The notes under the pieces are model-generated. The model ran no database searches, was not told the origin of the DNA, and was given only the letters and a program-made list of their open reading frames with translations. DNA of 63,251 nucleotides, filler included, from Olpidium bornovanus S191 (Eukaryota; Fungi; Olpidiomycota): the NCBI GenBank assembly GCA_017911155.1. It is 29 parts of 29 records of this genome, joined end to end, with 100 filler letters (N's around TTAATTAATTAA, not from the genome) between each part and the next. Parts side by side here need not be neighbours in the genome. Positions count along the whole stretch, not along the records: positions 45,377 to 47,092 come from JAEFCI010011699.1; positions 47,193 to 49,853 come from JAEFCI010003560.1; positions 49,954 to 53,070 come from JAEFCI010006005.1; positions 53,171 to 54,393 come from JAEFCI010001030.1; positions 54,494 to 55,919 come from JAEFCI010007037.1; positions 56,020 to 59,116 come from JAEFCI010009023.1; 23 more parts are not named here. One strand, given 5' to 3'. A program made the position numbers and the translations under genes. Below, one piece after another: positions 45,466-57,556 of the stretch (positions are counted from its first letter, which is position 1; every line of letters starts with the position of its first letter).

Positions 45466-46982
45466 TCATCCGTGGCTTGGCTTGGCCTGGTTAAGGCGGG
45501 CCGCGCCGGCAGAAGCCGACAGCCCGGGCCTCTCTCGAAGATGCACGGACCGCATGTGCGCGTTGTATCGGTCGATGCGATTCCATGTCATGCGGCACTC
45601 CTGGCAGGCAAACCTTCCGGAGACGTGCATGTGCGTCGACTTTATGTGCCTGAATGAACGCGGTCGTCGGCTTTACAATGTCGCACCCACCACGGTGCGC
45701 TGGGGTAGAACGGTCTCCGCCATACCTGCTCATGTCGCAGTTCCGCTTAAAGGTGGACTTGCAGTGCGGGCATTGGAACGGCCTGGCATCTACCGTCGCG
45801 AAGGCGTTTGCCCAGCTGTAAGTGGGCAGATCAACGCGGGCATTCGTTTGACAAACCACTCCGCGCTCGTCCAGTACCGGAATGCCATATCAGATGGTTT
45901 CGCAGCAGGTACAGCATTTTGAAGGGCTTTCCGCAGCCGGAGTGGCTGCAGGGGTACATTCGCTTTGAGGGGGTGACATTTTCCTTATTCTTGGATCGCT
46001 TTTGGGCGTTCCCCGGCGGAGCAGCCGGCCGCTCGGGACCGTGCGCTTGCAAGGCGCGACGCCCGAACAAGTGTGTGCAAGGAGGCGAGCGGTGAGAGAT
46101 GTTCGGGGTGGCGTAAGACTGCTCGGAAAAACTGGCGTGGCCGGGCGACTGCGATACGAAAACGAAACTTTGGGGCGCCGGGCACGGCGGGCTCGGAAAC
46201 GTTCCGACTTGGCTCTGCGGAGAGCTGCAGCAGGCGTAGGGCGAGGCGGAGGCCGAGGCAGATACCGTCAGGTAGCCGCCGGTCCCGGGCGCGAAAACGC
46301 TCGAGAACGAAGATGATTTCGGGACGCTTCCGTCGCCGGCGGTCCCGCCGTAGGAACCGGAACCGGAACCGGAACCGGAACCGGTTCGCGGCTGGGGGGC
46401 CTGAGAGATGCACGGGCTCGGGAGCGGAGAGGGGTACGACCGCGATGCCGGCACGACGACGCGGTGCGGGCCGGTAAGCGACGGATGCCCGCCGCTCGAA
46501 CTCGCGGGGGCGTAGGGGGAGCGCGCGCGGGCGAAAGACGCCCGGAAACTCGAGATGCCGTAGGTCCCGGGAGACGGCGGGTAAGCGAAAACGCGCGTCT
46601 CGCACGGCGGGTAGTCGCTCGGCGTCCGGGCCGGGAACGCGGGCGCGCGCCGGTCGTCGCGTGCCGAAGCCGGCGGCAGGCTCTGGCGCGGAGGCGCGGG
46701 CGACGACGCGCGGCTGCCGTCACGGGCGGAACCGCCTCCGCCGGCGCCGCGCGGACCGGCGGCGATCTCGTCGAAGTTGTAACCGAAAGCGGCGTCGCGA
46801 CGGCGGGCGACGCAGGCGGGGCTGGGCGGCGCGCGGCGCGACGCGTGCGGGACCCGTTCGGCGCGGACGCCGGCGAGCAGACCGGGGGAAAGCGCGAGGC
46901 CGGAGGAAGAGGAGGAGGAGGACGGGGCGGGCGGCGCGTTCCCGCGGGGGCGCCGGCGCGGCGGGAGCGGCGCGCGGGGCAT
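45466..46982 (-). CDS. C2H2 zinc-finger transcription factor (three C-terminal fingers, Ser/Pro-rich N-terminal region), 5'-incomplete
   Basis: YPCSHSGCGKPFKMLYLLRNHLIWHS|DARPFQCPHCKSTFKRNCDMSR|HIKSTH...FACQECRMTWNRIDRYNAHMRSVH after removing two introns. Stop at 45468-45466. Confidence 0.88.
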
Positions 46983-47012
46983 CGGCGGGCCGACGGGGAG
47001 GGGGGGGGGCGG

Positions 47013-47092
<80 letters not shown>

Positions 47093-47869
47093 NNNNNNNN
47101 NNNNNNNNNNNNNNNNNNNNNNNNNNNNNNNNNNNNTTAATTAATTAANNNNNNNNNNNNNNNNNNNNNNNNNNNNNNNNNNNNNNNNNNNNCATGGACT
47201 TGAACCTCTGGGAGCTTCGGCAGAAAGCGATGCAGTTAGATGCCGCGCCGGACTGGCAGAACGAAACCAGAATCTTGCTCGACAAGGTACGCGCTGCTGC
47301 GCCGCCGAAAAAAAAATTCTCTAAAACGTTTACATCGCGGCTGCTAAAATACCCGTCCGGAATCGCAGATTGTCGGCGACTCGAGAAGGTCGTCGTGATA
47401 TAACGGGGTCCCCGTGCCTTCGATTGTGTCCGGAAGACCAGCTTGGCCGAGCACGCCGCCCGCCACGCGAAGTAGACATTGTACAGAACAGTAATGAGCA
47501 TTTTTCCCACCCCTCTTTCCCGTGCATCTGCACCAAAAAAAACCCCCACCCCGTCCCCCGTGACGACAGGGTTCTGATTTTCGCTTGCCGTGCTGGTTCA
47601 AATTGCGGTGGGTGGCGCTCAGAGAGAGAGATGTATTTTGTTTTTTTTTTCCCTTTCCGCTTCGGGGCGCATTTTTGTGCCAGTCTTGCCTTGCTCCGCT
47701 CTTCTGGGCGGAGTTCTTTCTGTTTCGGCTTTTTTTTTTTTTTTTTTTTTTTTTTCGGTCGGAGTTTTTCGCGCCCAGTCTCGCGCGGCCCCTGCTGGCA
47801 GCGGGAAGGGAGGAAGCGGCCGAAACCGCCCAAATCCCGCACCAACGGTTGCCCGGGGCGTGTGTCATC

Positions 47870-49279
47870 ATGCCGGGGCCAGAGGACTGCAGCCGCAAGG
47901 GAGCCGCCGCCCGGCAGCGCTCCGGTGAGCTTTCGCCGGGCGCGCAGCATCAGGCGGGCCCGCCGAACGCCGCCGACCCTGACTTCGGCAGGGCGCTCGC
48001 CCGGAACTCCTGCGCGGCCGGCGCCGCGGAAGCTTGTGGCTCCGCAACCAAGCTTGCCCTTCCTTCTTCTTCTTCTTCTTCTTCTTCTGCTTCTTCTTCT
48101 GGCTCCAAGAAAGCCCGGAAAGAGGCGGCGCGGCGGGAGGCGGTGCTGCAGGCCTTCTCGGCCCACTACGCCGCCCAGTACGGGAAGCGGCGGTGGGAGG
48201 GCTCCCTGCTCCCGGCGCTGCGCGGACCGCAGAGGTATTGCTGTCTGGTCAACACGTTCGCAGAGAGGGCCGACGTGGCGCGGGCGCTGGCGCCGGTGCT
48301 GGAACGGATGGAGCTCTGCTCCTACTTCCGGAACCCGCGCGACCCGGCCATGTCGCTGGTCTGCTACCAGGAGAAGGAACGGCGGCCGGCGGAGGAGGAC
48401 GGAGAGGGGCCTGACCGGCCAGCCCCGGGCGCCGAGGCGGGCTTCCTACCTTTCCCGCGGCCGAGCCGCGACGCGAGGAACCTCGCGACTCATTACCTGC
48501 TAGACCTGTCGTCGCTCTTGGCGACGCAGGCCCTGGACGTCGCGCCGCACCACCGCGTGCTCGACACCTGCAGCGCCCCGGGCGGCAAGGCGCTCGCGCT
48601 TGCGATGCGGCTGGGCCCGTCCGGCCGCCTCCACGTGAACGAGCCCAACGGGGAGCGCCGCAAGCACCTCCGCAGGGTGCTGGACGAGTACCTGCCGGCC
48701 GGCATGGTCGGCAGCGGCGGCGACGTCGACGCCGTGGTCAGCGTGGGGGGCGTCGACGTCTCGCGGCACCGGGCGGGCGACCGCTTCCCGTGCGGGGCGG
48801 GCGGCTATGACCGCGTGCTCGTCGACGCGCCGTGCTCCGGCGAGAGGCACCTGCTGCGCTCGCCAGCCGACCTCGCCCGGTGGACGCCCGCGCGAGCGGC
48901 CGCCCTGGCGAAAAAGCAGCGCCTTATCCTCGCCGAGGCGCTGCGCGCCTGCGCCCCCGGCGGCAGGGTCGTCTACGCCACCTGCTCGCTCTCCGCCGCC
49001 GAGAACGACGCGGTCGTCGAGTGGGCCGCCGCGAGCCGCCGCGCCGGCGGCGGCGCCGTCATCGACTGCGAGCGGCCGCCGCCGCGTGCGTGGCCGGTCG
49101 GCGAGACCACCCGCCTCGGCTGGGCGGTCCTCCCGGACACCGCTGGCAGGTGGGGCCCGCTGTACTTCGCGGTGCTTCTCAAGAGGAAAGACGGCGCCCG
49201 GCGGACCGCCGGGAGCAGAACGAGCGCCAGCGACGGCGAGGAGGAGGAGGAGGAGGACGTCAATTGTTCTGACGAGTGA
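47870..49279 (+). CDS. NOL1/NOP2/Sun (RsmB/F) RNA m5C methyltransferase, NSUN3/NSUN4-like; intronless
   Basis: HYLLDLSSLLATQAL...RVLDTCSAPGGK...NEPNGERR...YDRVLVDAPCSGERH...GGRVVYATCSLSAAENDAVV. Both catalytic Cys motifs (PCS, TCS) are present. Confidence 0.9.
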   Translation: MPGPEDCSRKGAAARQRSGELSPGAQHQAGPPNAADPDFGRALARNSCAAGAAEACGSATKLALPSSSSSSSSASSSGSKKARKEAARREAVLQAFSAHYAAQYGKRRWEGSLLPALRGPQRYCCLVNTFAERADVARALAPVLERMELCSYFRNPRDPAMSLVCYQEKERRPAEEDGEGPDRPAPGAEAGFLPFPRPSRDARNLATHYLLDLSSLLATQALDVAPHHRVLDTCSAPGGKALALAMRLGPSGRLHVNEPNGERRKHLRRVLDEYLPAGMVGSGGDVDAVVSVGGVDVSRHRAGDRFPCGAGGYDRVLVDAPCSGERHLLRSPADLARWTPARAAALAKKQRLILAEALRACAPGGRVVYATCSLSAAENDAVVEWAAASRRAGGGAVIDCERPPPRAWPVGETTRLGWAVLPDTAGRWGPLYFAVLLKRKDGARRTAGSRTSASDGEEEEEEDVNCSDE

Positions 49280-49953
49280 TGGATTCGAAGGAGGTGCCCC
49301 GGCGAAACGCTTTTTTGCTGGCGACGGTCGGCTTCGGCTGGGCACTTCTGCGGAGTAACAAACAGCGCCTTCGCGTATCTGTTTTACACAAGCAACTCCC
49401 CCTCCCCCTCTCCACCCCGCCCCGTATTGCCGCCGCCGCCGCGCGTTCGGGAGGTCGTAGAGTGTTCGCACGGGTCACCTGGGGTTGGGAACCGTTTCGC
49501 CAAACTTTTTGCGGCGCGATATGACGGATCTCGGAACCGTCGCGGGGCAAGGCAGAAAGTCCCACCAAGACCACGACGAGGAACCAAAAAGTTTTCGGCC
49601 GTTAAACGTGCGCGGGCAAGCGCGGATCCCCTTCCTTCCCCCACCCCCACCCCCACCCTTCCTCCCCTTCCCGCGGGCGGGTCGCTTTTGAACGTAAAAA
49701 GAATTAAAGTGAAAAGCTGAAGGGCGACCCCTACCGACGCAGGTCGAAAACTCCATATTGGGGGGGATCGGGCCCGTAAGGTGGTTTTGACGGTCGGATC
49801 GAGGTTTTATCGGGATTGTGCGAGGTGCTAAACGGATCGATTAACTCCTCTCCNNNNNNNNNNNNNNNNNNNNNNNNNNNNNNNNNNNNNNNNNNNNTTA
49901 ATTAATTAANNNNNNNNNNNNNNNNNNNNNNNNNNNNNNNNNNNNNNNNNNNN

Positions 49954-50389
49954 CATGCGGCAGCCCGCCTCCTCGAAGAGCTGGGAAGTTAGCGGAGTGG
50001 CACTTACTTGGCCCTCCGCAGCACCCCTGTGGCCCCCCGCAGCACCTCTGTTGCCCTCGGCAGCACCGCTGCTCATTGTTAACGGCGCTCTGCGTTCCGC
50101 CGCGTCACGGACAACCGCGTCAGCGGCTGTAGCGCTTTCGAACGGCGCTCTGCGTTCCGCCGCGTGACGTGCAACCGCGTCGGCGGCTGTAGCGCCCTCG
50201 TTGGGCTGTCTCAGTGCGGAACGTTCGCGGCGGTCCATGGAGATTTGGGGGCTGCGTGCAACCTTTGGGCTCATAACCTGAGGAAGATGGATGCTCCGGA
50301 GGCTTCTCGTTTAGTTCTCCCTGTTGTTTGTTTTGGTTATGGTTATGGTGGGTGCCGGGCGGAGTCTATAACGGCGGCATATTTGCCAC
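49954..50389 (-). mobile_element. 5' end of a second Copia-type element: LTR end, PBS (50278-50265) and gag start with internal 60-bp and 21-bp repeats
   Basis: ...TTCCTCA|GGTTATGAGCCCAA, then MDRRERSALRQPNEGATAADAVARHAAERRAPFESATAADAVVRDAAERRAP...GAAEGNRGAAGGHRGAAEGQ. LTR extent is uncertain. Confidence 0.75.
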
Positions 50390-51263
50390 AGGGGGAGGGT
50401 GGGGGGGGGAGAGGGGGGCGGACGCGTCGGAGGGGGGGGGGGGAAGACGCGTCGAGGGGAGCCTAGGGGGGGGGGGATAAGGCGCGGTGGGCGGACAAAA
50501 TCAGCCTGCGGAAGCCGCCGAAAGGTGGCCGGGGCGAGATCAGGGTTTCACGGCCCTCTTCGTGTGAAACGCCCTGGCGCGATCTTTTCGAAGCTCCGCT
50601 TGCTGTCTTGCTGCGACGAGCGCCCTTGCCCCCCGTTTGTGGTCGTCTTCAGCCCACTCAGGTGAAGGACGTTCGCTCCCCCGCCCCCGTCCCCCCTCCC
50701 CCACCTGCCCGGTCTTACGGCAATTGGCGCCTTTGTTAATAATTCGCGTGTTTGACGCGGCGCGGCCTTCTTCCCGTGAACGGCGCTATCTTTGAATTGC
50801 TCTCTCGCGCGGCACAACGCTCCGCTCCCTGTCCTGCTGCGGCGGCGCCTTTGCCCCACCCCCCTCGCGGTCGTCTGCGGCCGCCCCCCTTTCCCCCCCT
50901 TCACCTCTGGTCCCTAGTGCCGCCGTCTCGTTTACTCGCCTGCTTCTCTTACCCGGCGTCTGCCGCTTGTTAGCCCCGTCCTCACATGCCCTGCTGTTTT
51001 GTCCGCCCTTCTCGCTGCCTTGTTGCCTTGTTTACCCTCGCCGCCTTCGCTCGTGCGCTCCCCTTGCTGCCAGGTTTTTTTCTTTTCTTTTGGTCGCCCG
51101 CGGCCCGCCCGCCGAGTTTGAGTCGCCCGTTGGCTAGCAAACCTAGACCGCCGGGAAGGGGAATTGGGGGCAGGGAAGCGGTCGTCGTCGATTTTATTAT
51201 TATTCAGGGCGGAGGGGCAGTAAACATCGACGAGATGCAATTAAAAAAAAAGTGCTACTGACA

Positions 51264-51373
51264 GTGGGAATATAATCTAGTAGATATAATCGTGGATATA
51301 ATAGTGGATATAATAGTGGAATATAATCTAGTGGATAATCTAGTGGATAATATAATCTAATCGCTATAATCTA
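51264..51373. repeat. AT-rich minisatellite of about eight 12-17-bp units (GTGGA-TATAAT-CTA)
   Basis: gtgggaatataatcta / gtagatataatc / gtggatataata x2 / gtggaatataatcta / gtggataatcta / gtggataatataatcta / atcgctataatcta. Confidence 0.85.
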
Positions 51374-51604
51374 GCTGTAGCAATCGCAGTGTTTACGTTT
51401 CATTTTATCTTTTATATTTTACACCAATGAATAACCCAAGAGGGCGGCGGAGGCGGCGTGAGTGCTTTGCGGTTAGTAAAGTTCTTTCCAGGCGTAGCGC
51501 GACATGATTGTCCGTTTGTTGGTCCGGGGGGTCGGTGACTTGGCATCTGCAAGCAAAAAAAAAAAAACCAAAATTTTTGCTTCGGGGCATCAAGTAGCCG
51601 GGGA

Positions 51605-51731
51605 CCGTCGCCAAATCCTACGAGAGATAATCGTTTTCAAAATCCGTCGCCGAATCCCACAAGGGTGATCATCTGCAATCTCCGTCGACGAATTTTACAA
51701 GGGCGACCATTTGCGACATCCGTCGCCGATG
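51605..51731. repeat. Four CCGTCG(C/A)C(A/G)A(A)T motifs at 38-39-bp period
   Basis: Starts at 51605, 51644, 51682 and 51720, with partly related intervening sequence. Confidence 0.75.
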
Positions 51732-52020
51732 ATTGAACCACCGGGTGCCCGCGTTCCCAACGAATTTCGACGACGATCGCGAAGGGGTCGGCTCTGTAGC
51801 GATCGGCATAAAAAAGGGAATCTACAGAGGAGTTGGCGCCGGATCGAGTGAAAATGAAGAAGTTCGGAATCTGATGCTGGAGCTGTCGCTCTTCCGAGAA
51901 ACGTTGGATTGCGCCCCTTCCGGCGCACTGCGATCAGCATTGCTGTTGGTGTTGGTTCTCGGCGCTGGTTGCGGGCACGGATGCGATGTTTGTCAGCACG
52001 GTGGATACGGTTTGATATGA

Positions 52021-52701
52021 ACCTACGTTCTTACGGGAAGAGTTTCGGTTGCCTACGTACCCGGTTTCCGGAATCAAAGGTGACGTAGTTCTCATATAGG
52101 GAGAAGGAGGGGAAAGGAAGGAGAAAAAGGAAAGAATTGAAAACGCGCAGTTTCCTTCGCACCTACGGTCCTCAATTGGAGGGGTTTCGGCTGGTTACGT
52201 ACCCGGTTGCCCGGGATCAGAGGGAACGTAGTTCCAAACGGGAGAAGGGGAAAAAGGAAGGAGGGAAAGGAAAGAATTGAAAAGCGCGCATTTTTCCTCG
52301 CACCTATGCTCCCCAATTGGAGGTGTTTCCGCTGCCTACATACCCGGTTTCCGGGATCAGAGGATACGTAGTTCTACTACAAAGGGAAAGGAAAGAGGGA
52401 GAGGAGGGGGCGGGGGCCTCGCACCTACGATCCTTTTGGAGTTTCGGCTGCCTACGTACCCGGTTGCCCGGGATCAGAGGTGACGTAGTTCTACTACGGG
52501 GGAGAAGGAGCTAAAGTAAGGGAGCTATAAAGTAAGAGAGCTATAAAGTAAGGGAGCTATAAAGCAAGGGAGCTATGGTAAGGGAGTTATAAAGTAAGGG
52601 AGCTAAAGGTGAGGGCTAAGGGCCTCGAGCCTACGCTTCCACTGGAGGGGTTTTGGCCGCCTACGTACCCGGTTGCCCGGGATCAGAGGTAACGTAGTTC
52701 T
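52021..52701. repeat. Array of five conserved hairpin-forming cores separated by variable purine-rich spacers; the last spacer holds about seven 14-16-bp GAGCTATAAAGTAAG repeats
   Basis: Core GCCTACGTACCCGGTT(GC/T)CCGGGATCAGAGG(TG)ACGTAGTTC at 52051, 52194, 52334, 52450 and 52659. Each is preceded by (A/G)CCTACG...G(G)AG..TTTCGGCT. Confidence 0.9.
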
Positions 52702-52990
52702 TAGCGTTGAGGGAAAAGGGGGGGGGATTTTTTGACGGGGAGCGGTCGCCTTTTATACCCGCGGGGGGGACCCGGTCGGGGAGCGAGCGGGGGGACGGAC
52801 GGACGGCGGCGGGGTCTGATTACGCACGTTCTGCGTGCGGGCAAAGAGGCGGGTGGGGGGAAGAGGTCCGCGGGAGCGCGGGAGTTGATGGTGTGATGGC
52901 CGGGCGTGTGCCTTCCCCGTTGGTCCCCAGCGCCCAATTTAACCCGCCAACAGCAGCCCGGCTGACTAACCCCCCAAACCACCCGCCACC

Positions 52991-53041
<51 letters not shown>

Positions 53042-53398
53042 ACCCCCCCCCCCCCCCCCCCCCCCCCCCCNNNNNNNNNNNNNNNNNNNNNNNNNNNNNN
53101 NNNNNNNNNNNNNNTTAATTAATTAANNNNNNNNNNNNNNNNNNNNNNNNNNNNNNNNNNNNNNNNNNNNAAAAAAAGAGCGAAAGGCGGAAAAAAAAAG
53201 AAAAGAAAAGGGAAAGAAAAATAAAAGCAACGAAAGATAAAGGAAAAGAAAGAAGAAAACATAAAGAAAAAGAAAGGAAAATTAAAACAACAAAAAAAGA
53301 AGAAAAAAAAAACAACAAAAAGAATGCCCCGCGAAATCCGGAACCGAAACCATTTTTTCTTTCTTTTTTTCTTCCGGCTTGCCCGGACGGGAACTCAC

Positions 53399-53912
53399 TC
53401 CCGGCGTCGATGGAGGTGGACAGGAAGGGGAACGAAAACGTGAAGCCGAGCACGGCGTCCTCGGTCATGCCGGCGGTGGTGCGGCGCCTGCGGAGGAAGA
53501 CGCCAACGCACTCGGCAACGAAGTCGAACAGGTCGTCGGCGCGCGGGGCGGTGGCGGCGCGGGGCGGGACGGCGAACTTCTGCTGCTGGAGTGCCACGGT
53601 GCCGTCGCCGTTCAGCTTCACCTCGCACACGCGGAGGTTGGTGCCGCCCAGGTCGAGGGCGTAGTAGGTCCCGGTCTCGCGGCCGGTCACGCGGCCGGTG
53701 ACGTACGAGGGGAGCATGGCGACGGTGCTGCCGGAGCGGCAGGCGCCCTTGGCCATCTCGACGGCGAGCTGCTCGGCGATCGCGTGCAGCTGCCCGGTCG
53801 AGATCGCGAGCTGGCGGCGCAGCTCGGCCTGCGTGGCGGTCCGCGCCGCGTCGGCGTCCTTGGCGAACTGCACGGCGGGGTTTGACGACCGGTGACTGAA
53901 CCACTGCTTCAT
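53399..53912 (-). CDS. HXK: Hexokinase/glucokinase, first exon
   Basis: MLPSYVTGRVTGRETGTYYALDLGGTNLRVCEVKL...LFDFVAECV...LGFTFSFP. GTGAGT donor at 53398. Confidence 0.93.
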
Positions 53913-54278
53913 TACGTTTGAAGTGCCTTTGGTCTCAGGGAAAAAGAAACAAGAAGAAAAAGAAATTAAAAAAGGGAAAAAGGCTTCTGGAGGTCTTGGG
54001 TTTGCGACGGGCTTTCTCTTTTTCTTCTCCCGAGAGAAGTTGGAACGACGAACGGGCAGAGAGAGAGAGGCGGAGGAAACTAGAGTGCCACGTGGTGGCA
54101 CTCGAGGGGAGCCGGATCATTATTGGGGGGGGGGACGGGGGGGTTAAAAGGGGCGGGCGAAGGGGAAAGGGGGCTCGGGGGGCGGGGGAAGTTAGGGGAA
54201 AGCGAGGAGAAACCCGACAAAAAATTCACAACCAAACATCCGGCTCTCGCGGCGCCGCCACGTGATTTTGTCGGGGGG

Positions 54279-54393
<115 letters not shown>

Positions 54394-54858
54394 NNNNNNN
54401 NNNNNNNNNNNNNNNNNNNNNNNNNNNNNNNNNNNNNTTAATTAATTAANNNNNNNNNNNNNNNNNNNNNNNNNNNNNNNNNNNNNNNNNNNNCCGAAGA
54501 GGTGGTGTTCGCGGAGACGCCAAAGGAACGGCTAGGCGCGGTGCTTTTCGGGAAGGGCAGCACGAGGGCGTTGTGATCCGGCACGGTCGCGGTCCTTGGG
54601 GAACATTACCGAGGCAGCTTCGGCAATTCATGTGGTGGTGGAGGCATGCCGCGTGCCGCCAAAAGTGCTCCCATCCGGGCATCGCGGCGGGTGGTGCGGG
54701 CCTCAGCAATTCGGGGTCCCAGTCGGGAAAAAAAAAAAAAAACGACTCGCCAGAAAGCGCGCGCAGTTTAGTTACATCCGTTTCGAAGCCCCTCTCCCCC
54801 CCCCCCGCTGCTCACAAAAAAAAAAAAAAAAAGCGCGGCAGAAAAACGCCCCCGCACC

Positions 54859-55918
<1,060 letters not shown>

Positions 55919-56019
55919 GNNNNNNNNNNNNNNNNNNNNNNNNNNNNNNNNNNNNNNNNNNNNTTAATTAATTAANNNNNNNNNNNNNNNNNNNNNNNNN
56001 NNNNNNNNNNNNNNNNNNN

Positions 56020-57556
56020 CATGTCCTCGCAGCAGCCGACGAAGTACCTGAACATCACGCTGGAAATTCCCAGCGTTGGGCAGAAAATTAGGCCGAGGTT
56101 CGAGCAGTTCATTTTGTTGATATCGCTATAATAATCAACTCGTGCGAGGTGGCACATCAGCCAAGCCAGCAGCTCATAGTTTTCGTCAGGCAGATGAGTC
56201 GCAACCGCCGCCAGCCGTCGCGAGATTAGACGTTCGTATTCTGGATCCGTTGCGCTGAGCTCGTGGTCGTAGTCGCTGAGGCAGCCGTTAAACACTGGGT
56301 CAAGGTGCTTCGTGAGCACCGGCTCTGGTACTATTTCCCAAGGAGAGAAAACGACGAGCGGGTGAGCGGACGTTCGTAGGACAGAACACGGAGGGAGAGG
56401 CTACCACTCACGGTCTCTAAGGAACATTTTCAGCAAAGTGGCGACAGCATTAGGATCCTCGTATGTCTTCTCAAAATTAATGTCTGACCCTATATGCAAA
56501 TGCCAGTTCAACAAAGAGTCAACGGCTTCATTCGTCATCTTTCCGGCTGCTTAGCAATTCAGGTACAGGGAGCACCTGAATCAAATGCCGCCCGAAGTTT
56601 GCTGACAGTAGTGGTGCTTCCCGGTATTCTATAAATGCCAACTTCATTAAGACTACCGATGCAAGCAATGACGTCAGCTGGAGTACGCTTTCCTCGCGAC
56701 ATATTGGCCAGCCTGACTGTATCTTACCCCTTTGCGTCCAAGTATTCTATGCACCTGACCACAACTCGTGGTAGCGACGTGACATTATCAATCCTGGATG
56801 CTTCAACCGCAAGCTTCAGCGGCACTCCGAACACTGTGGTCGGAGCTCCGGAATATTCTGGTTCTGAAGAATATACACGAGGATTACAGAAGATCAGTCA
56901 CCCGCGGCGACGTTCCTGCAAGCTAACGGTCGATACTTGAATGAATTTTTTTTTTTGGTCGAAAGATAATGAAGGCGCGGCAAAGGGCACCGAAAGGGCA
57001 GAACAAACGGCTGATGCCGCCCGGAGATCAAACGTGCAGCAAGCCCAACGGTCAAACCCGACAGCTTACCTCTCCGGCCCCCGAGCTTCCGCTTGTCACC
57101 ACTGCCGGCGGGAGTAGGGTTTGATGTGACGGCGGAGTCGTAGCTTTTTACGGAGCCCCCGCTCCGTTCGTGGTCCTTTTCCCGTCGGCCCTTCCCGCCC
57201 TTCCAGATGTGGTGGCTCAACTCCGACCCTTGTATCGCCTTCGCCCTGGCCTTCCAGTTCGCCCCCTTCTCCTTTGCCAACTCGGAGAGGATGGCGCTGT
57301 TTTCCCGCAGCTTGCTCGTCTTCTCCAGGGCGAGCGCCTTCGCCCTCGCGAACGCGGACGAGAAGTGCTGCTGCTGCGCCTGCTGGCTGTGGTCCTGCCC
57401 GTCCGAATCCTGCAGGAGGCCGCCGCCGGTCGTCCCCGCGGCTGGGATCGACGACGAGAGCGACCGGATGAACGGATAAGCGTCCGCCGCCAGCCGCGCC
57501 TGGCTGCTCGAGAGCTCCTGCAGCGACGGATTGGTGGACCCTCTCGGCCGCGGCAT
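56020..57556 (-). CDS. RhoGAP-domain protein, multi-exon, 3'-incomplete
   Basis: VFGVPLKLAV...LPRVVVRCIEYLDAKG|LNEVGIYRIPGS...|DPNAVATLLKMFLRD|...LPDENYELLAWLMCHLARV...NKMNCSNLGLIFCPTL. Confidence 0.92.

Noticed and set aside
52140-52440. TCCTCGC motifs resembling the HDV-ribozyme L3 loop
   Set aside because: The flanking P3, P1 and P1.1 pairings could not be formed by inspection.
52021-52701. CRISPR-like repeat/spacer appearance
   Set aside because: The context is eukaryotic with no cas genes. Spacers are 70-165 bp and related to one another, and the repeats are not identical. Kept as a structured repeat instead.
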